Source: Cyanobacteriota bacterium
GTDB taxonomy: Bacteria > Cyanobacteriota > Cyanobacteriia > PCC-6307 > Cyanobiaceae
DNA: 56,173 bases
NCBI GenBank assembly: GCA_046052125.1
Contig: JBJOMY010000008.1
Coordinates: 1 to 56,173, forward strand
Direction: 5' to 3'
Every line of letters starts with the position of its first letter. Within the stretch, counting starts at the first letter, position 1. The notes beneath the pieces are model-generated. The model saw only the letters and a program-made list of their open reading frames with translations. It was not told the origin of the DNA and ran no database searches. A program made the translations under genes and the position numbers. Below are positions 27,405 through 37,285 of the stretch, piece by piece.

Positions 27405-27835
27405 GCGCTTCGGCTCTGAGCTGCCCCGTGCTCGTGGACACCGGTCCGCTGGTGGCGTGGCTGGATCGCAGTGATCAGGATCATCGGCTCTGCAGCCGAT
27501 TCTTTGCCCAGGCGGGCGGTCCGTTGCTCTCCACCTGGCCGGTGCTCACCGAGGTCTGCCATCTCGTGCCGCCCGATGTGGCGCCTCGCTTCCTCGAGTG
27601 GGTTCAGATCGGCGGGATGCAGCTGGCAGAGCTGCCCGCCGCCGCCCTGCTGAGCATCGGCCCCTGGATGCGGCAATACGGCGATCTGCCGATGGATCTG
27701 GCAGACGCCTCACTGCTCTGGCTGGCGCATCAGAGCGGTATACGCCGCATCGCCACGCTCGATCGCCGCGATTTTGGCATTTACCGACTGCCTGGCGGTG
27801 ACGTTCTCAACAACGTGCTCGACGCAGCCTCCTAG
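27401..27835 (+). CDS. PIN-domain (VapC-like) toxin
   Basis: VLVDTG, VLTE, MDLADASL, TLDRRDF acidic catalytic pattern. Confidence 0.88.
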   Translation: MSASALSCPVLVDTGPLVAWLDRSDQDHRLCSRFFAQAGGPLLSTWPVLTEVCHLVPPDVAPRFLEWVQIGGMQLAELPAAALLSIGPWMRQYGDLPMDLADASLLWLAHQSGIRRIATLDRRDFGIYRLPGGDVLNNVLDAAS

Positions 27836-27839
27836 CCGT

Positions 27840-28487
27840 TCAGGCTTTCTTCTGGCCGATGCGCGGCTCGGTGCCCGCCAACAGCCGCTGGATGTTGGTG
27901 CGGTGGCGCCAGATCACGAGCACAGCGGTGAGCACCGCCAGGCTGAGGTAGGCCGGCCGCAGCTCAGTGCCGTTCTGGGCGAAGTAGCCGAGCATCAACA
28001 GCGGCAGGCTCAGCGCCGCGATCACGCTCGAGAGCGACACGATCTTGCTCAGGCTGAGCACCGCCAGAAACACGCCGAAGCAGGCCAGCCCCACCGGCCA
28101 GGCCAGGCCGAGCAGCATGCCCAGGCCCGTGGCCACGGCCTTGCCGCCGCGTCCGCCGAGCCACACGGGCCAGATGTGCCCCGCCAGGGCCGCTAGGCCG
28201 GCGGCCACCACCCACCAGTCGCTTTCCGGGGTGATGCCTAGGGGCTGCAGCAATCCTTTGGCAAGCAGCACCGCTGCGGTGCCCTTGAGCACATCCACCA
28301 GAAACACCACCAGGGCCGGCGCCTTGCCGAACTGGCGAAGCACGTTGGTGGCGCCGGTGGAGCCGGAGCCCAGGGTGCGGATGTCGACGCCCTTAAGCCA
28401 GCGCCCAGCCAGGTAGCCGCTCGGAATCGAGCCCAGCAGGTAGCCCGCCAGCAGGCAGAACAGCGGATTTTGCAGCAGCGGGTTCAC
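27840..28487 (-). CDS. plsY: Glycerol-3-phosphate acyltransferase
   Basis: YLLGSIP, GSGSTGATN, GH.WP..GGKAVAT, RHRTNI.RL..G.E. Confidence 0.94.
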   Translation of the reverse strand: MNPLLQNPLFCLLAGYLLGSIPSGYLAGRWLKGVDIRTLGSGSTGATNVLRQFGKAPALVVFLVDVLKGTAAVLLAKGLLQPLGITPESDWWVVAAGLAALAGHIWPVWLGGRGGKAVATGLGMLLGLAWPVGLACFGVFLAVLSLSKIVSLSSVIAALSLPLLMLGYFAQNGTELRPAYLSLAVLTAVLVIWRHRTNIQRLLAGTEPRIGQKKA

Positions 28488-29389
28488 AGCAGGTCGTCTT
28501 CGAGGGCGAGTTCGGTGGCGCTGCCCGCAAAGGCCAGCCACACCGGGAATTGAAGGATCGCGATGTCCACGGCGCTTTCCGCCGCATCCACCACGATGAA
28601 GGGCAGCTCCCCGCGCTCTTCGAGCCGGTCGGCCCGCTCGATCAGAGCATCGGGGCGCTCGAACAGCACGATGCCGCTGTTGGGGCCGAAGTCTTCGCGG
28701 CTGAGGCCGAGGCAATCCTGCAGGCCGCGGCGCCACTCGCCCAGCCGTTCGGGCGTTCCCGCCAGCACCAGCGTTTGAAAGCGCTCGCCATAGAGATCCC
28801 CCAGAATCGACACGGCCGCGGCGGTGATCAGGGCGTTGCGGTTGCGGCTGCCGCTGCTGGGCTGGGCGCCGCGACCGCCCTGATTGAGGAACCAGTCCTC
28901 GAGCAGGGCCGCGCCGGAGGGCTCCAGGCTGCGGCGCAGTTTCCAGGGATCGGCGTAGAAATCCGGTTGTCCCTGGAACTGCTGCAGCTGCTCGCGAATC
29001 AGCGCTTCATCGGCGCTGAACAGGCCCGCCGCCGCCGGAGCGGCCACGGCCCCGCCGCCGCTGCTCGCCGCCTGCTCGGCTGCGGCCTGATCCAGCGGTG
29101 AGGGCTGCACCACCAGCGGCTGCACCACTAACTCCATCTGCTCGGCGGCCACGGCTAGCTCCTGCAGCGCCCCCACCAGGTAGTCCTGGAAGCCTTTCAC
29201 CCGCCGGGCGATCGAATCCGATTGGCCCGCGAAGCTGCTGCTGATCTCCTTCTGCAGCTGATCGCGGCGGCTGCTCAGCTCGCTGATCTCGGTTTCCAGG
29301 GCGTCGCGCTGTTGCTGGAGTTCCCGCAGGGCGAGGGCCTGCCAATCGGCGCTGGGCTGGGGGGCTTGGGGTTGGGCGTCGTCGCTCAT
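28484..29389 (-). CDS. DUF3086-like protein
   Basis: Coiled-coil N-terminus, FAGQSD..RVKGFQDYLVG, ERLGEWRRGLQD.LG. Confidence 0.8.
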   Translation of the reverse strand: MSDDAQPQAPQPSADWQALALRELQQQRDALETEISELSSRRDQLQKEISSSFAGQSDSIARRVKGFQDYLVGALQELAVAAEQMELVVQPLVVQPSPLDQAAAEQAASSGGGAVAAPAAAGLFSADEALIREQLQQFQGQPDFYADPWKLRRSLEPSGAALLEDWFLNQGGRGAQPSSGSRNRNALITAAAVSILGDLYGERFQTLVLAGTPERLGEWRRGLQDCLGLSREDFGPNSGIVLFERPDALIERADRLEERGELPFIVVDAAESAVDIAILQFPVWLAFAGSATELALEDDLL

Positions 29390-29781
29390 GGCTGGGCGCT
29401 CACGTGGCGGTTGAGCTGTTCGCGCAGGCTGGTGGCATCAAACAACACCGGCAGAAAGTGAATGCTCTTCTGTTCACGGAAATAGAACAGCACCGGGATT
29501 GGGCCCCAGAAGAGCGTCCAATTGAGCCATTCGCTGTAGGGAAAGCGCCGCAGCACCGTGTTGCCCCGCCAAACAAGCAGTGCATCGGCGCTGAACTGCA
29601 GGCGCAGGATCTGGCTCTGGATCAGCAGAAACAGGCCGAACAGGCTCACCACCAACGCCATCCACACATTCAGCAGCAGCGCGGCGAGCCCCAAGGCCAC
29701 CACCGCCAGCGGTAGCCACGGGCGCGGCGCCAGGATCACGCCCTGGCCGGGATCAGGCAGGGAGGCTTCCGTCTGGGTCAT
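29386..29781 (-). CDS. DUF3119-like membrane protein
   Basis: RRFPY.EW.NW..FW..LFYFRE..SIHFLP.LFD. Confidence 0.8.
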   Translation of the reverse strand: MTQTEASLPDPGQGVILAPRPWLPLAVVALGLAALLLNVWMALVVSLFGLFLLIQSQILRLQFSADALLVWRGNTVLRRFPYSEWLNWTLFWGPIPVLFYFREQKSIHFLPVLFDATSLREQLNRHVSAQP

Positions 29782-30560
29782 TCGCCGAACAGCAACTGGG
29801 TGAGCACCACGTCCATCAGCGACACGGTGACCAGAATCATCACAACGGCGCCGGTGGTGCTGGTGCCCACTTCCTTCGGGCCGCCGCGGGTGGTGAGGCC
29901 CCAGCCGCAGGAGATCACAGCGATCTGCAGCCCGAACACCACCGCCTTGAGCAGCATCGAGGGCAGGTCCGATGGATCCATCCAGGTGCGCACGGAGTTC
30001 CAGAACACCGATGGCGGGATTTGATACAGGAGGGTGCTGCTCACCTGACCCGACCACATCGCCACGGCGAAGAAGGCCAGGCATTGCACCGGCGTCATGA
30101 TCACCATCGCCAGTACCCGCGGCACCACCAGGTACTGCACCGGATCGGTGCGCAGCATGGTGATCGCATCGATCTGCTCGGTGACCTTCATCGTGCCGAG
30201 CTGCGCCGCATAGGCCGTGGCCACCTTGCCCGTGACCAGGGTGGCGGTGAGGATCGGTGCAATCTCCCGGGCCAGACCCAGGGCGAGGATCCCGCCCACG
30301 GTGGATCCCGCCCCCTGTTTCACCAGCTCGGAGGCGGCCTGGATGTTGAACACGGTGCCGGCGGCGAGGCCGGTGATGATCACGATCAGGAAGCTGCCGG
30401 GGCCTGCTTCCATCAGCTCGGCCATCAAGTCGTTGATCCCCACCCGCCCCTGAGCGAGGGCGGCCAGGGCCTGACCGCCGATCAGGCAGCTCTCGCCGAG
30501 GCGGGTGAGCCAGCGGGGGCGGAGCCAGGAGGGAAGGCGGCGGCGTGACATCAGAGACAT
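29778..30560 (-). CDS. MlaE-family ABC permease
   Basis: REIAP.LTA, AAQLGTMKVTEQIDA, YLVVPR, VG.STT.AVV. Confidence 0.9.
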   Translation of the reverse strand: MSLMSRRRLPSWLRPRWLTRLGESCLIGGQALAALAQGRVGINDLMAELMEAGPGSFLIVIITGLAAGTVFNIQAASELVKQGAGSTVGGILALGLAREIAPILTATLVTGKVATAYAAQLGTMKVTEQIDAITMLRTDPVQYLVVPRVLAMVIMTPVQCLAFFAVAMWSGQVSSTLLYQIPPSVFWNSVRTWMDPSDLPSMLLKAVVFGLQIAVISCGWGLTTRGGPKEVGTSTTGAVVMILVTVSLMDVVLTQLLFGE

Positions 30561-30570
30561 GGCTTTGGGC

Positions 30571-31983
30571 TCAGCCGGCGCTGGGGAGATGTTGCAGGTG
30601 CAGGCCCTTATCGGGCCAGCGGCGCATCACCACCAGCCCCAACACCACCAGCACTGCGGGAATGATGCCCATGCACAGCCGGATCGCCACCAGGGCGCTA
30701 TCGGGTTGCACCATGCCGCGCGACGCCACATAGCCGCTGAAGCTCATCAGGTTGCCGAAGAAGAAGAGGGCAAAGCTGATGCAGATCTTCTGGGTGAACA
30801 CCATCCAGGCGCTGTACTGGCCTGCGGGCTTTTCGGGGTCGGCATCGATGGCGTCGGGCAGGAGGGCCCAGGGGATCAAGTAGGCGGTGGAGGCGCCGAT
30901 GCCCACCAGCAGGATCGTGGCCACCAGCAGCGAGAGGCGCAGCCCATTGCCCAGGGATCCCAGCGGGGCAATGGCCGAATCCAGTGGCGCCAGCACCATG
31001 GCGCTCAGGCAGCCGGCCACCCAGAGGCCGCTGCCCCACACCAGGGCCCGAATCCGCCCTTGGCGGTGGGACACACTCGTCCACAACTGCAGGCCCACCA
31101 GGGTGCTGATCTGGAAGGGCAGCAGGATCCAGTTGCTCCAGCCCTCCGGCACCCGCATCACCACGGGCAAGAAGATCAGTGCGGCGGTTTGCATGATCTG
31201 CAGGGCGCACCAGAGCAGCAGGTAGAGGCCGAGCACCCGCATGAAGCGGCCGTTGTTGCGCACCCGCTGCAGCAGGCGCCGGGTGGTGCCCCGTTCCGCT
31301 TGCGGTTGCTGGCAATGGCGCGCCGAAGGGGCGATGCCCCAGGCGCAGAGCAGGGTGCACACCGTGATGATCAGCCCGGAGAACACGCCCACCCGCCAGT
31401 AGCTCAGGGGGTTCTGGTGATCGCGCAGCAGCACGGCACCGAGCACGATGCCCACCAGGCCGGCGGTGATCGAGCCGGTGAAGCGGGCCATGTTGAGCCG
31501 GGTGCGCAGCGTCACCTTCGAGGTGAGCTCGGCGGCCAGGGCTGCGTAGGGCAGGTTGACGCAGGTGTAGAGGCTGTTGGCCACCACGGAGATGGCCACG
31601 AACACCCAGAAGCGCACCCAGATGCTTCCGGGGGGCAGCCACCACATCAGGGCCATCGCTACCCCGAGCGGCAGGGCGCTGCCCACAAGCCAGGGCAGGC
31701 GCGGCCCCCAGCGGCTGCGGGTTTTGTCGCTGAGCCAGCCCACCAGGGGGTCGTTCACGGCATCCCAGAGCCGGGCCAGCATCAGCACCAGGCCCGCCAT
31801 CCAGGCCGGGAGGCCGGCAGCCGCCGTATAGAAGATGAACAGGTAGAAGCCGATCAGCGATGCGGCCATGCCCGTGCCGGCATCGCCGAGGCCATAGGCC
31901 ACGAGCAGGCGCAGGCGGCTGGCTCCCCTGAGGCTGTCCGCGTCGAAGGTGGCCGCTGGGGCGTCAGATGAGGCAGCGGACAA
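30571..31983 (-). CDS. GPH/MelB-family MFS transporter
   Basis: YGLGD, WDAVNDP.VG.LSD.TRSRWG.R.PW, about 12 TM segments. Confidence 0.87.
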   Translation of the reverse strand: MSAASSDAPAATFDADSLRGASRLRLLVAYGLGDAGTGMAASLIGFYLFIFYTAAAGLPAWMAGLVLMLARLWDAVNDPLVGWLSDKTRSRWGPRLPWLVGSALPLGVAMALMWWLPPGSIWVRFWVFVAISVVANSLYTCVNLPYAALAAELTSKVTLRTRLNMARFTGSITAGLVGIVLGAVLLRDHQNPLSYWRVGVFSGLIITVCTLLCAWGIAPSARHCQQPQAERGTTRRLLQRVRNNGRFMRVLGLYLLLWCALQIMQTAALIFLPVVMRVPEGWSNWILLPFQISTLVGLQLWTSVSHRQGRIRALVWGSGLWVAGCLSAMVLAPLDSAIAPLGSLGNGLRLSLLVATILLVGIGASTAYLIPWALLPDAIDADPEKPAGQYSAWMVFTQKICISFALFFFGNLMSFSGYVASRGMVQPDSALVAIRLCMGIIPAVLVVLGLVVMRRWPDKGLHLQHLPSAG

Positions 31984-32079
31984 GGACGCTGTTCCGAACG
32001 CAGGTCATAATGCTGCAACCGGCGTGAAATCCAGAGCACGCCAGGTCCAGCAACAGGCGCATGGTGCGTTTGTACTGCT

Positions 32080-32150
<71 letters not shown>

Positions 32151-32201
32151 TTCCATTCTTCCTGTGAGCTCACGCTCAAGGTGCGATCGGCTAAGGCTGG
32201 A

Positions 32202-34280
32202 TCAGAGCTGATGGCCGTGCATCAGGGGCTGCGCCACCAGCAACACCAGGCTGCGGCTGCCCATCGGGATGGTGTCGCCCCCCACCACCTGCGGTTGCGC
32301 GGGTAGGTCGTCTCCCGGGAGCTGGTGGGTGTCGATCACCCGGTGCCAACCGCTCTCGCAGTTGGGGATCTCGAAGCTGAGATCTTCGTAGTAGGCGTTC
32401 ATCCCGCACCAGAGCAGCGGGCCCCGTTCCTTGTCGTTGAGGCTCCAGGCCAGGGTGTGCGACCAGTTGGCCCAGTCCGGCTGGCCCAGCTTCACGCCAT
32501 CCCACTGGCGCAGCAGGTGCCCGGGCTGATCGAAGCGCAGCGCCTTGCCGGCTTCGGCGTGGGGGATTTCGGGATTGAGCAGATCCGCCAGGTGATGGCG
32601 CAGGTGAATCAGCCGCCGCACGAACAGGCGCAGCGCCTGGTCGTCGGGGTCGGGCTGCCAGTGCATCCAGCCCAGGGGGTTGTCCTGACACCAAGCGTTG
32701 TTGTTGCCCCCCTGGCTGCGGCGCACCTCATCGCCCATCAGCAGCATCGGCACGCCCGGGCAGAGCAACAGGCTGCTGAGCATGTTCCGAAGTTGGCGGT
32801 TGCGCAGTGCTGCCACCTCTGGATCACTGCAGGGTCCTTCGGCGCCGTGATTCCAGTTGTTGTTGTGGTTGTCGCCGTCGCGGTTGTCTTCGCCGTTGGC
32901 CAGGTTGTGCTTCTGGCTGTAGCTCACCAGATCCGCGAGGGTGAAGCCGTCGTGGGCGGTGAGAAAGGTGATGCTGCGGCCGAGTAGGGCCGGGATGCCT
33001 CCGAACAGATCCGGGCTGCCGGCGATGCGCTGCCCCATCGGCCAGCAACTCTTCTCATCGCCTTTCCAGAAGCGGCGCACGTCGTCGCGGAAGCGGCCGT
33101 TCCAGGCGCCGATGCGTTTGGCGGGGAAATCGGCGAGGCGATACAGGCCGCCGCAGTCCCACGGTTCGCTCACGAGTTTGAGATCGGCGAGTTCCGGGTC
33201 GGCTTCGATCTCCTCAAACAACGGCGGATGATCCAGCGGGGTGAGTTCCTCGCCGCGGCTGAGGGCGATGCCCAGATCGAAGCGGAAGCCATCCACCCCC
33301 AGCTCCAGCGCCCAGCAGCGCATTGATTCGAGGATCAGGCGGCGCGCATGGGGCCTGTTGGCGGCAATCGAATTGCCGCAGCCGCTCACATCGAGGTAAT
33401 CCCCCTTGGCGTTCTGGTGGTAGTAGTTGCGGTCGTCGATGCCGCGCCAGCTGAGGGTGGGCCCGGCCTGGTTGCCCTCGCAGGTGTGGTTGTACACCAC
33501 ATCCACCAGCACTTCGAGCCCCGCCTGGTGGCAGGCCGTGACCAGCTGGCGCACCTGGTGGCGAATCTGCAGCGGATCGTCTCCCTGCTGGTAGGCGTGG
33601 TGCGGCGCCATCCAGCTGAGGGGGCTGTACCCCCAGTAGTTGAGGCGGCCGGCGGGGGCATCGTGGGGGTCGAAGGCCATCACCGGCAGGAGCTCCACCG
33701 TGGTGATGCCCAGCTCCTTGAGATAGGGGATCGCCTCAATCAGCCCCAGATAGGTGCCGCGCGCCGGTTCACTCACCGGGCTGCCGTGGCCGCGGCTGAA
33801 GCCACCCACATGCAGTTCGTAAATCACCGTGCGCTGCCAGCTGTGGCGGGGCCGGGGAGCGGCGCGGAAATCGAAGCGATCGCGCTCGGTCACCACGCCT
33901 TTCAGGCAGCTGGCGGTGTTCGGCATGGCGCCGACGGCGTCCACGCGCCGGTAGACATCCCAACCCGTGATCGCACGGGCGCAGGGATCGAGCAGCAATT
34001 TCGAGGGGTTGAAGCCGTGGCGACCCGGCTGCAGGGGGCCGAACACCCGGTAGGCGTAGCAGCAGCCAATGCCGATGCCCTCCACCTCCACATGCCAGAT
34101 GTCGCCGGAGCGGTGGCGATGATCCAGCTCCACCACCTGCTCCGGTTCAGGCGCGTTGCCGCTGGCAAACAGCAGCAGCTCCACCCGCGTCGCCATCGGG
34201 GCGGCCAGGGCGAAATTCACGCCTTGATCGGTGGCAAGCGACCCGAGGGGCCACGGTTGTCCCAGTCGGATCGTGCGCAA
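32202..34280 (-). CDS. glgX: Glycogen debranching enzyme / isoamylase (GH13)
   Basis: GQPWPLG, NYWGY, DVVYNH, DGFRFD, EPWD, AHDGFTL, SQGGNNN. Confidence 0.93.
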   Translation of the reverse strand: MRTIRLGQPWPLGSLATDQGVNFALAAPMATRVELLLFASGNAPEPEQVVELDHRHRSGDIWHVEVEGIGIGCCYAYRVFGPLQPGRHGFNPSKLLLDPCARAITGWDVYRRVDAVGAMPNTASCLKGVVTERDRFDFRAAPRPRHSWQRTVIYELHVGGFSRGHGSPVSEPARGTYLGLIEAIPYLKELGITTVELLPVMAFDPHDAPAGRLNYWGYSPLSWMAPHHAYQQGDDPLQIRHQVRQLVTACHQAGLEVLVDVVYNHTCEGNQAGPTLSWRGIDDRNYYHQNAKGDYLDVSGCGNSIAANRPHARRLILESMRCWALELGVDGFRFDLGIALSRGEELTPLDHPPLFEEIEADPELADLKLVSEPWDCGGLYRLADFPAKRIGAWNGRFRDDVRRFWKGDEKSCWPMGQRIAGSPDLFGGIPALLGRSITFLTAHDGFTLADLVSYSQKHNLANGEDNRDGDNHNNNWNHGAEGPCSDPEVAALRNRQLRNMLSSLLLCPGVPMLLMGDEVRRSQGGNNNAWCQDNPLGWMHWQPDPDDQALRLFVRRLIHLRHHLADLLNPEIPHAEAGKALRFDQPGHLLRQWDGVKLGQPDWANWSHTLAWSLNDKERGPLLWCGMNAYYEDLSFEIPNCESGWHRVIDTHQLPGDDLPAQPQVVGGDTIPMGSRSLVLLVAQPLMHGHQL

Positions 34281-34336
34281 CGGATCCTGGAGGCCTCTGC
34301 CACAAGCTAGGTGTTGTTCGTGGGTTCTGACCCCGC

Positions 34337-35032
34337 ATGTCACGGCTCCAAGCACAACCCTCGGCGGCCGGGCGCCCGCCCAAGCCGGTGCGCGAGGGGC
34401 TGTGGCTGTTTGCCCCCAGCCGCGACAGCCAGGGGGGCAGTGCCTGGTGGCTGGAGCAGCCGTGCGGTGGCGGTGTACTGATCGATTGCCCCGCCTTCAA
34501 CGAGGCCAACCTGGCGTTTCTGCAGGCGCAGCCCTCGGGCCGGATCGTGCTCACCGGCCGCGAGGGCCATGGCCGGCTGCGGCGTTTTCAGGAGGCGCTC
34601 GGCTGGCCGGTGCACGTGCAGGAGCAGGAGGCCTACTTGCTGCCCGGCGCGCAGCAGCTGATCCCCTTCGCCGCCGAAGCCGAGCTCGATCCCGGGCTCC
34701 GTCTGCTCTGGACCCCCGGCCCCACCCCGGGGGCGGCCGTGCTGCTGGCGGAGGGGCTGCCCGAGCTGGAGTCGGTCTTGTTCTGCGGGCGGTTGCTCAG
34801 TCCGGTGGCCCCCGGGGAGGTGGCGCCCCTGCGCACCCGCCGTAGTTTTCACTGGGGCCGCTGGCTGCGCAGCCTCGAGCGGTTGCGGGCCTGGCTACCG
34901 GCGGATCAGCCCCAGTGGCTGGCCAGCGGTGCCGGTCTCGGGGCCCTCAGGGGTGAGGCGCTGGTGCCTGCGGCGCGGCGCGTGATCGATCAGCTCAACC
35001 TTGAGGAGTTGGCCGATCAGGCCGCCGTTTAA
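34337..35032 (+). CDS. Degenerate MBL-fold protein
   Basis: VLIDCP, IVLT.RE.HG, WTPG.TPG, LFCG. Confidence 0.7.
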   Translation: MSRLQAQPSAAGRPPKPVREGLWLFAPSRDSQGGSAWWLEQPCGGGVLIDCPAFNEANLAFLQAQPSGRIVLTGREGHGRLRRFQEALGWPVHVQEQEAYLLPGAQQLIPFAAEAELDPGLRLLWTPGPTPGAAVLLAEGLPELESVLFCGRLLSPVAPGEVAPLRTRRSFHWGRWLRSLERLRAWLPADQPQWLASGAGLGALRGEALVPAARRVIDQLNLEELADQAAV

Positions 35033-35227
35033 GCGGGCCGTTGGGGGGTGGTTGTAGGGAGCCGTTGGCCGGCGAATGGCCGCAAAAGTGGCAAAACCTT
35101 GACTGCAAAAGGAGTCCGATGGTTGCCGGCTCTTGCCAACCCCCATACCATTGGCGCGCTGAAACCAGTGGCGGTCGGTGTTCCCGAGCCGCCCGGCTGC
35201 TACTGACCCAGAGGCTTTCCCACTCCG

Positions 35228-35503
35228 ATGAACAAAGCTGATCTCGTCAACCTCGTTGCTGCTCGCACCGAGCTGACCAAGACCGACGTAGCCCAAGTGG
35301 TTGATGCCGCTATCGACACCATCATCGATTCGGTGGTGGAAGGTAAGAAGGTGTCGATCCTGGGCTTCGGTTCCTTCGAGCCCCGCGAGCGCTCCGCCCG
35401 TCAGGGTCTGAACCCCAAGACCGGCGACAAGATCAAGATTCCCGCCAAGCGCGTGCCTGCCTTCACCGCCGGCAAGCTGTTCAAGGACCGCGTTCAGGGC
35501 TGA
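35228..35503 (+). CDS. hup: Nucleoid protein HU
   Basis: MNKADLV..GFGSFE.RER.AR.G.NPKTG..IPA. Confidence 0.96.
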   Translation: MNKADLVNLVAARTELTKTDVAQVVDAAIDTIIDSVVEGKKVSILGFGSFEPRERSARQGLNPKTGDKIKIPAKRVPAFTAGKLFKDRVQG

Positions 35504-35530
35504 TCCCCGAAGTGCTCTTTGAGCTTCTGT

Positions 35531-35555
35531 AGGCGGCCCTAGGGCCGCCTTTTTT
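35531..35555 (+). terminator. Rho-independent terminator after hup
   Basis: AGGCGGCCCTAGGGCCGCCT palindrome followed by TTTTT. Confidence 0.85.
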
Positions 35556-35560
35556 GCGGG

Positions 35561-36523
35561 ATGCTGAACGGCGCTCTTCGCTCTGCCGGCTTCGTGTTGC
35601 CCGAGCACCTGCAGCAGCAGCTCCGGCCCCAGGCCGGCCTGCGCGGGCGCTATGCGCCGTCGCCCACGGGTCGGCTACACCTCGGCAACCTGCGCACGGC
35701 GCTGATCTCGTGGTGGATCACGCGGCTGCAGGGCGGCGAATGGCTCCTGCGCATCGACGATCTCGATACCTCGCGCAACCGCAGCGGAGCCGAGGAGTCG
35801 ATCCTGGCCGACCTGCGCTGGTTGGGGCTGGATTGGGATGGCCCCGTGATCCGTCAGAGCGAGCGGCGCGGCCTTTACGCCTCGGTGCTCTCGGCCCTGC
35901 GCCGCAGCGGGCGGCTGTACCCATGCCGCTGCAGTCGCCGTTTGCTGGCCGATATCTCCGCTCCCCATGGCGCCTCACCGGTGTATCCGGGTTTCTGCCG
36001 GGAGCGCGGGCGAGGCTGGGGGCCTGAGCAGGGGCGACTGCCCAGCTGGCGGCTGCGGCTAAGGGATGGATGCCTGAGTTGGCCGGAGGAACTGGCCGAG
36101 TGCGGCCGTCTCGACGCCCACAGCGAGGTGGGGGATGTGGTGTTGCGCCGGGCCGATGGCTTTCTCGCGTATCACCTGGCCACCGCTGTGGATGAGCTGG
36201 CCCTGGGCATCTCCGATGTAGTGCGCGGCAGCGATCTGTGGGCGGCTACGGCGCCGCAGGTGGCGGTGATGGCGGAGCTGGGCGCTGCCCCACCGCGCTA
36301 TTGGCATCTGCCGCTCTGGTGCGATGCGGAGGGCCAGCGCCTCTCCAAGCGCGATGGAGGGCTTGGCCTGGCAGCGCTCCAGCAGCAGGGCCTCGATGGC
36401 CCGGCGGTGCTGGGGCTGATGGCCGCCAGCCTGGGGTTGGTGCCTGAAGGCACGAGGCTGAACCTCAGCGAGCTGCAGCAGAGCTTCAGCCTTGAGCAGC
36501 TGCGCGCCGCCTTGCGCCCCTGA
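35561..36523 (+). CDS. gluQ: Glutamyl-Q tRNA(Asp) synthetase
   Basis: RYAPSPTG.LHLGN, RIDDLD, YPC.CSR, VVRG.DL, RLSKR; no anticodon-binding domain. Confidence 0.9.
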   Translation: MLNGALRSAGFVLPEHLQQQLRPQAGLRGRYAPSPTGRLHLGNLRTALISWWITRLQGGEWLLRIDDLDTSRNRSGAEESILADLRWLGLDWDGPVIRQSERRGLYASVLSALRRSGRLYPCRCSRRLLADISAPHGASPVYPGFCRERGRGWGPEQGRLPSWRLRLRDGCLSWPEELAECGRLDAHSEVGDVVLRRADGFLAYHLATAVDELALGISDVVRGSDLWAATAPQVAVMAELGAAPPRYWHLPLWCDAEGQRLSKRDGGLGLAALQQQGLDGPAVLGLMAASLGLVPEGTRLNLSELQQSFSLEQLRAALRP

Positions 36524-36613
36524 AGCCGCATGGCGCCTCAGAGACTTAACAAAGGCTTCGGGATCAAAGGGGTGAAAACTCCCCAGAGTGATCGCACGCA
36601 GCGCGATCAACAC

Positions 36614-36901
36614 ATGAGCGGATCTTCACCCCGGCCCACCGCCCACCAGGGCGACGCGGAGAGCACCTGCAGCTGCTGCGGTGGCAGCGGCGTGCTCCGC
36701 ATTGATTCATCGGCGTATCGCACCTGCCTGGAGTGCCTCGGGCAGGGACAGAAGCCCCGCTTTGAAACGGTGTTCGGCTTGCCGGATCCGCTGGCACCTC
36801 CTCTGTCCCAGCCCCTGGCTCCGCCGCTGGCCGAGCCCGCCAGGCGCTTGAGAAAGGGCTTCCGCGGCGATCTCAGCGCTTGGACTTCTGGCGCCAGATG
36901 A
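36614..36901 (+). CDS. Small protein with DnaJ-type CxxCxGxG zinc-finger pair
   Basis: CSCCGGSG ... CLECLGQG. Confidence 0.65.
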   Translation: MSGSSPRPTAHQGDAESTCSCCGGSGVLRIDSSAYRTCLECLGQGQKPRFETVFGLPDPLAPPLSQPLAPPLAEPARRLRKGFRGDLSAWTSGAR

Positions 36902-36983
36902 AGAAGGTGGCCGTGGCTACCACCACCAGCAGTGGGGCCGCGGTGAGCAGCAGCAGTGCAACGGCGGTCCAGTCGGTGTACAT
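36873..36983 (-). CDS. 36-aa single-pass membrane microprotein
   Basis: Manual translation MYTDWTAVALLLLTAAPLLVVVATATFFIWRQKSKR; too short for the ORF track. Confidence 0.6.
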   Translation of the reverse strand: MYTDWTAVALLLLTAAPLLVVVATATFFIWRQKSKR

Positions 36984-37038
36984 CGCTGTCAGGCGCTCAG
37001 GCAGGCGCCATCATCTCAGTGCACCCCGCGTGGCGTCC

Positions 37039-37284
37039 ATGACCCGATGGCTTGTTGTGCTGCTGCTGATCGCCGGCGCCCTGCCTGCCAGCGCCGGGGT
37101 GGAGTTCACCGATTGCCAGCCGGCCAGTGGCGGTGGGGTTACCTGCGATACCAGGCCCACGGGCAACACCCTGATGGACGACGAAGCGGCCCGCTACGGC
37201 CTCTTCGATGAAGCGAGCCCTGGCTGGTCGGAGTACGACCCCTACGAGGGCTACGACGACATGTTCGGTGGCAACTGGACCTGA
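37039..37284 (+). CDS. Small secreted acidic protein
   Basis: Signal peptide ending ASA, Cys pair, D/E/Y-rich tail. Confidence 0.7.
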   Translation: MTRWLVVLLLIAGALPASAGVEFTDCQPASGGGVTCDTRPTGNTLMDDEAARYGLFDEASPGWSEYDPYEGYDDMFGGNWT

Positions 37285-37285
37285 A

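Noticed and set aside
35033..35227. Possible ncRNA upstream of hup
   Set aside because: Only a modest GC hairpin; consistent with an ordinary promoter/5' UTR.
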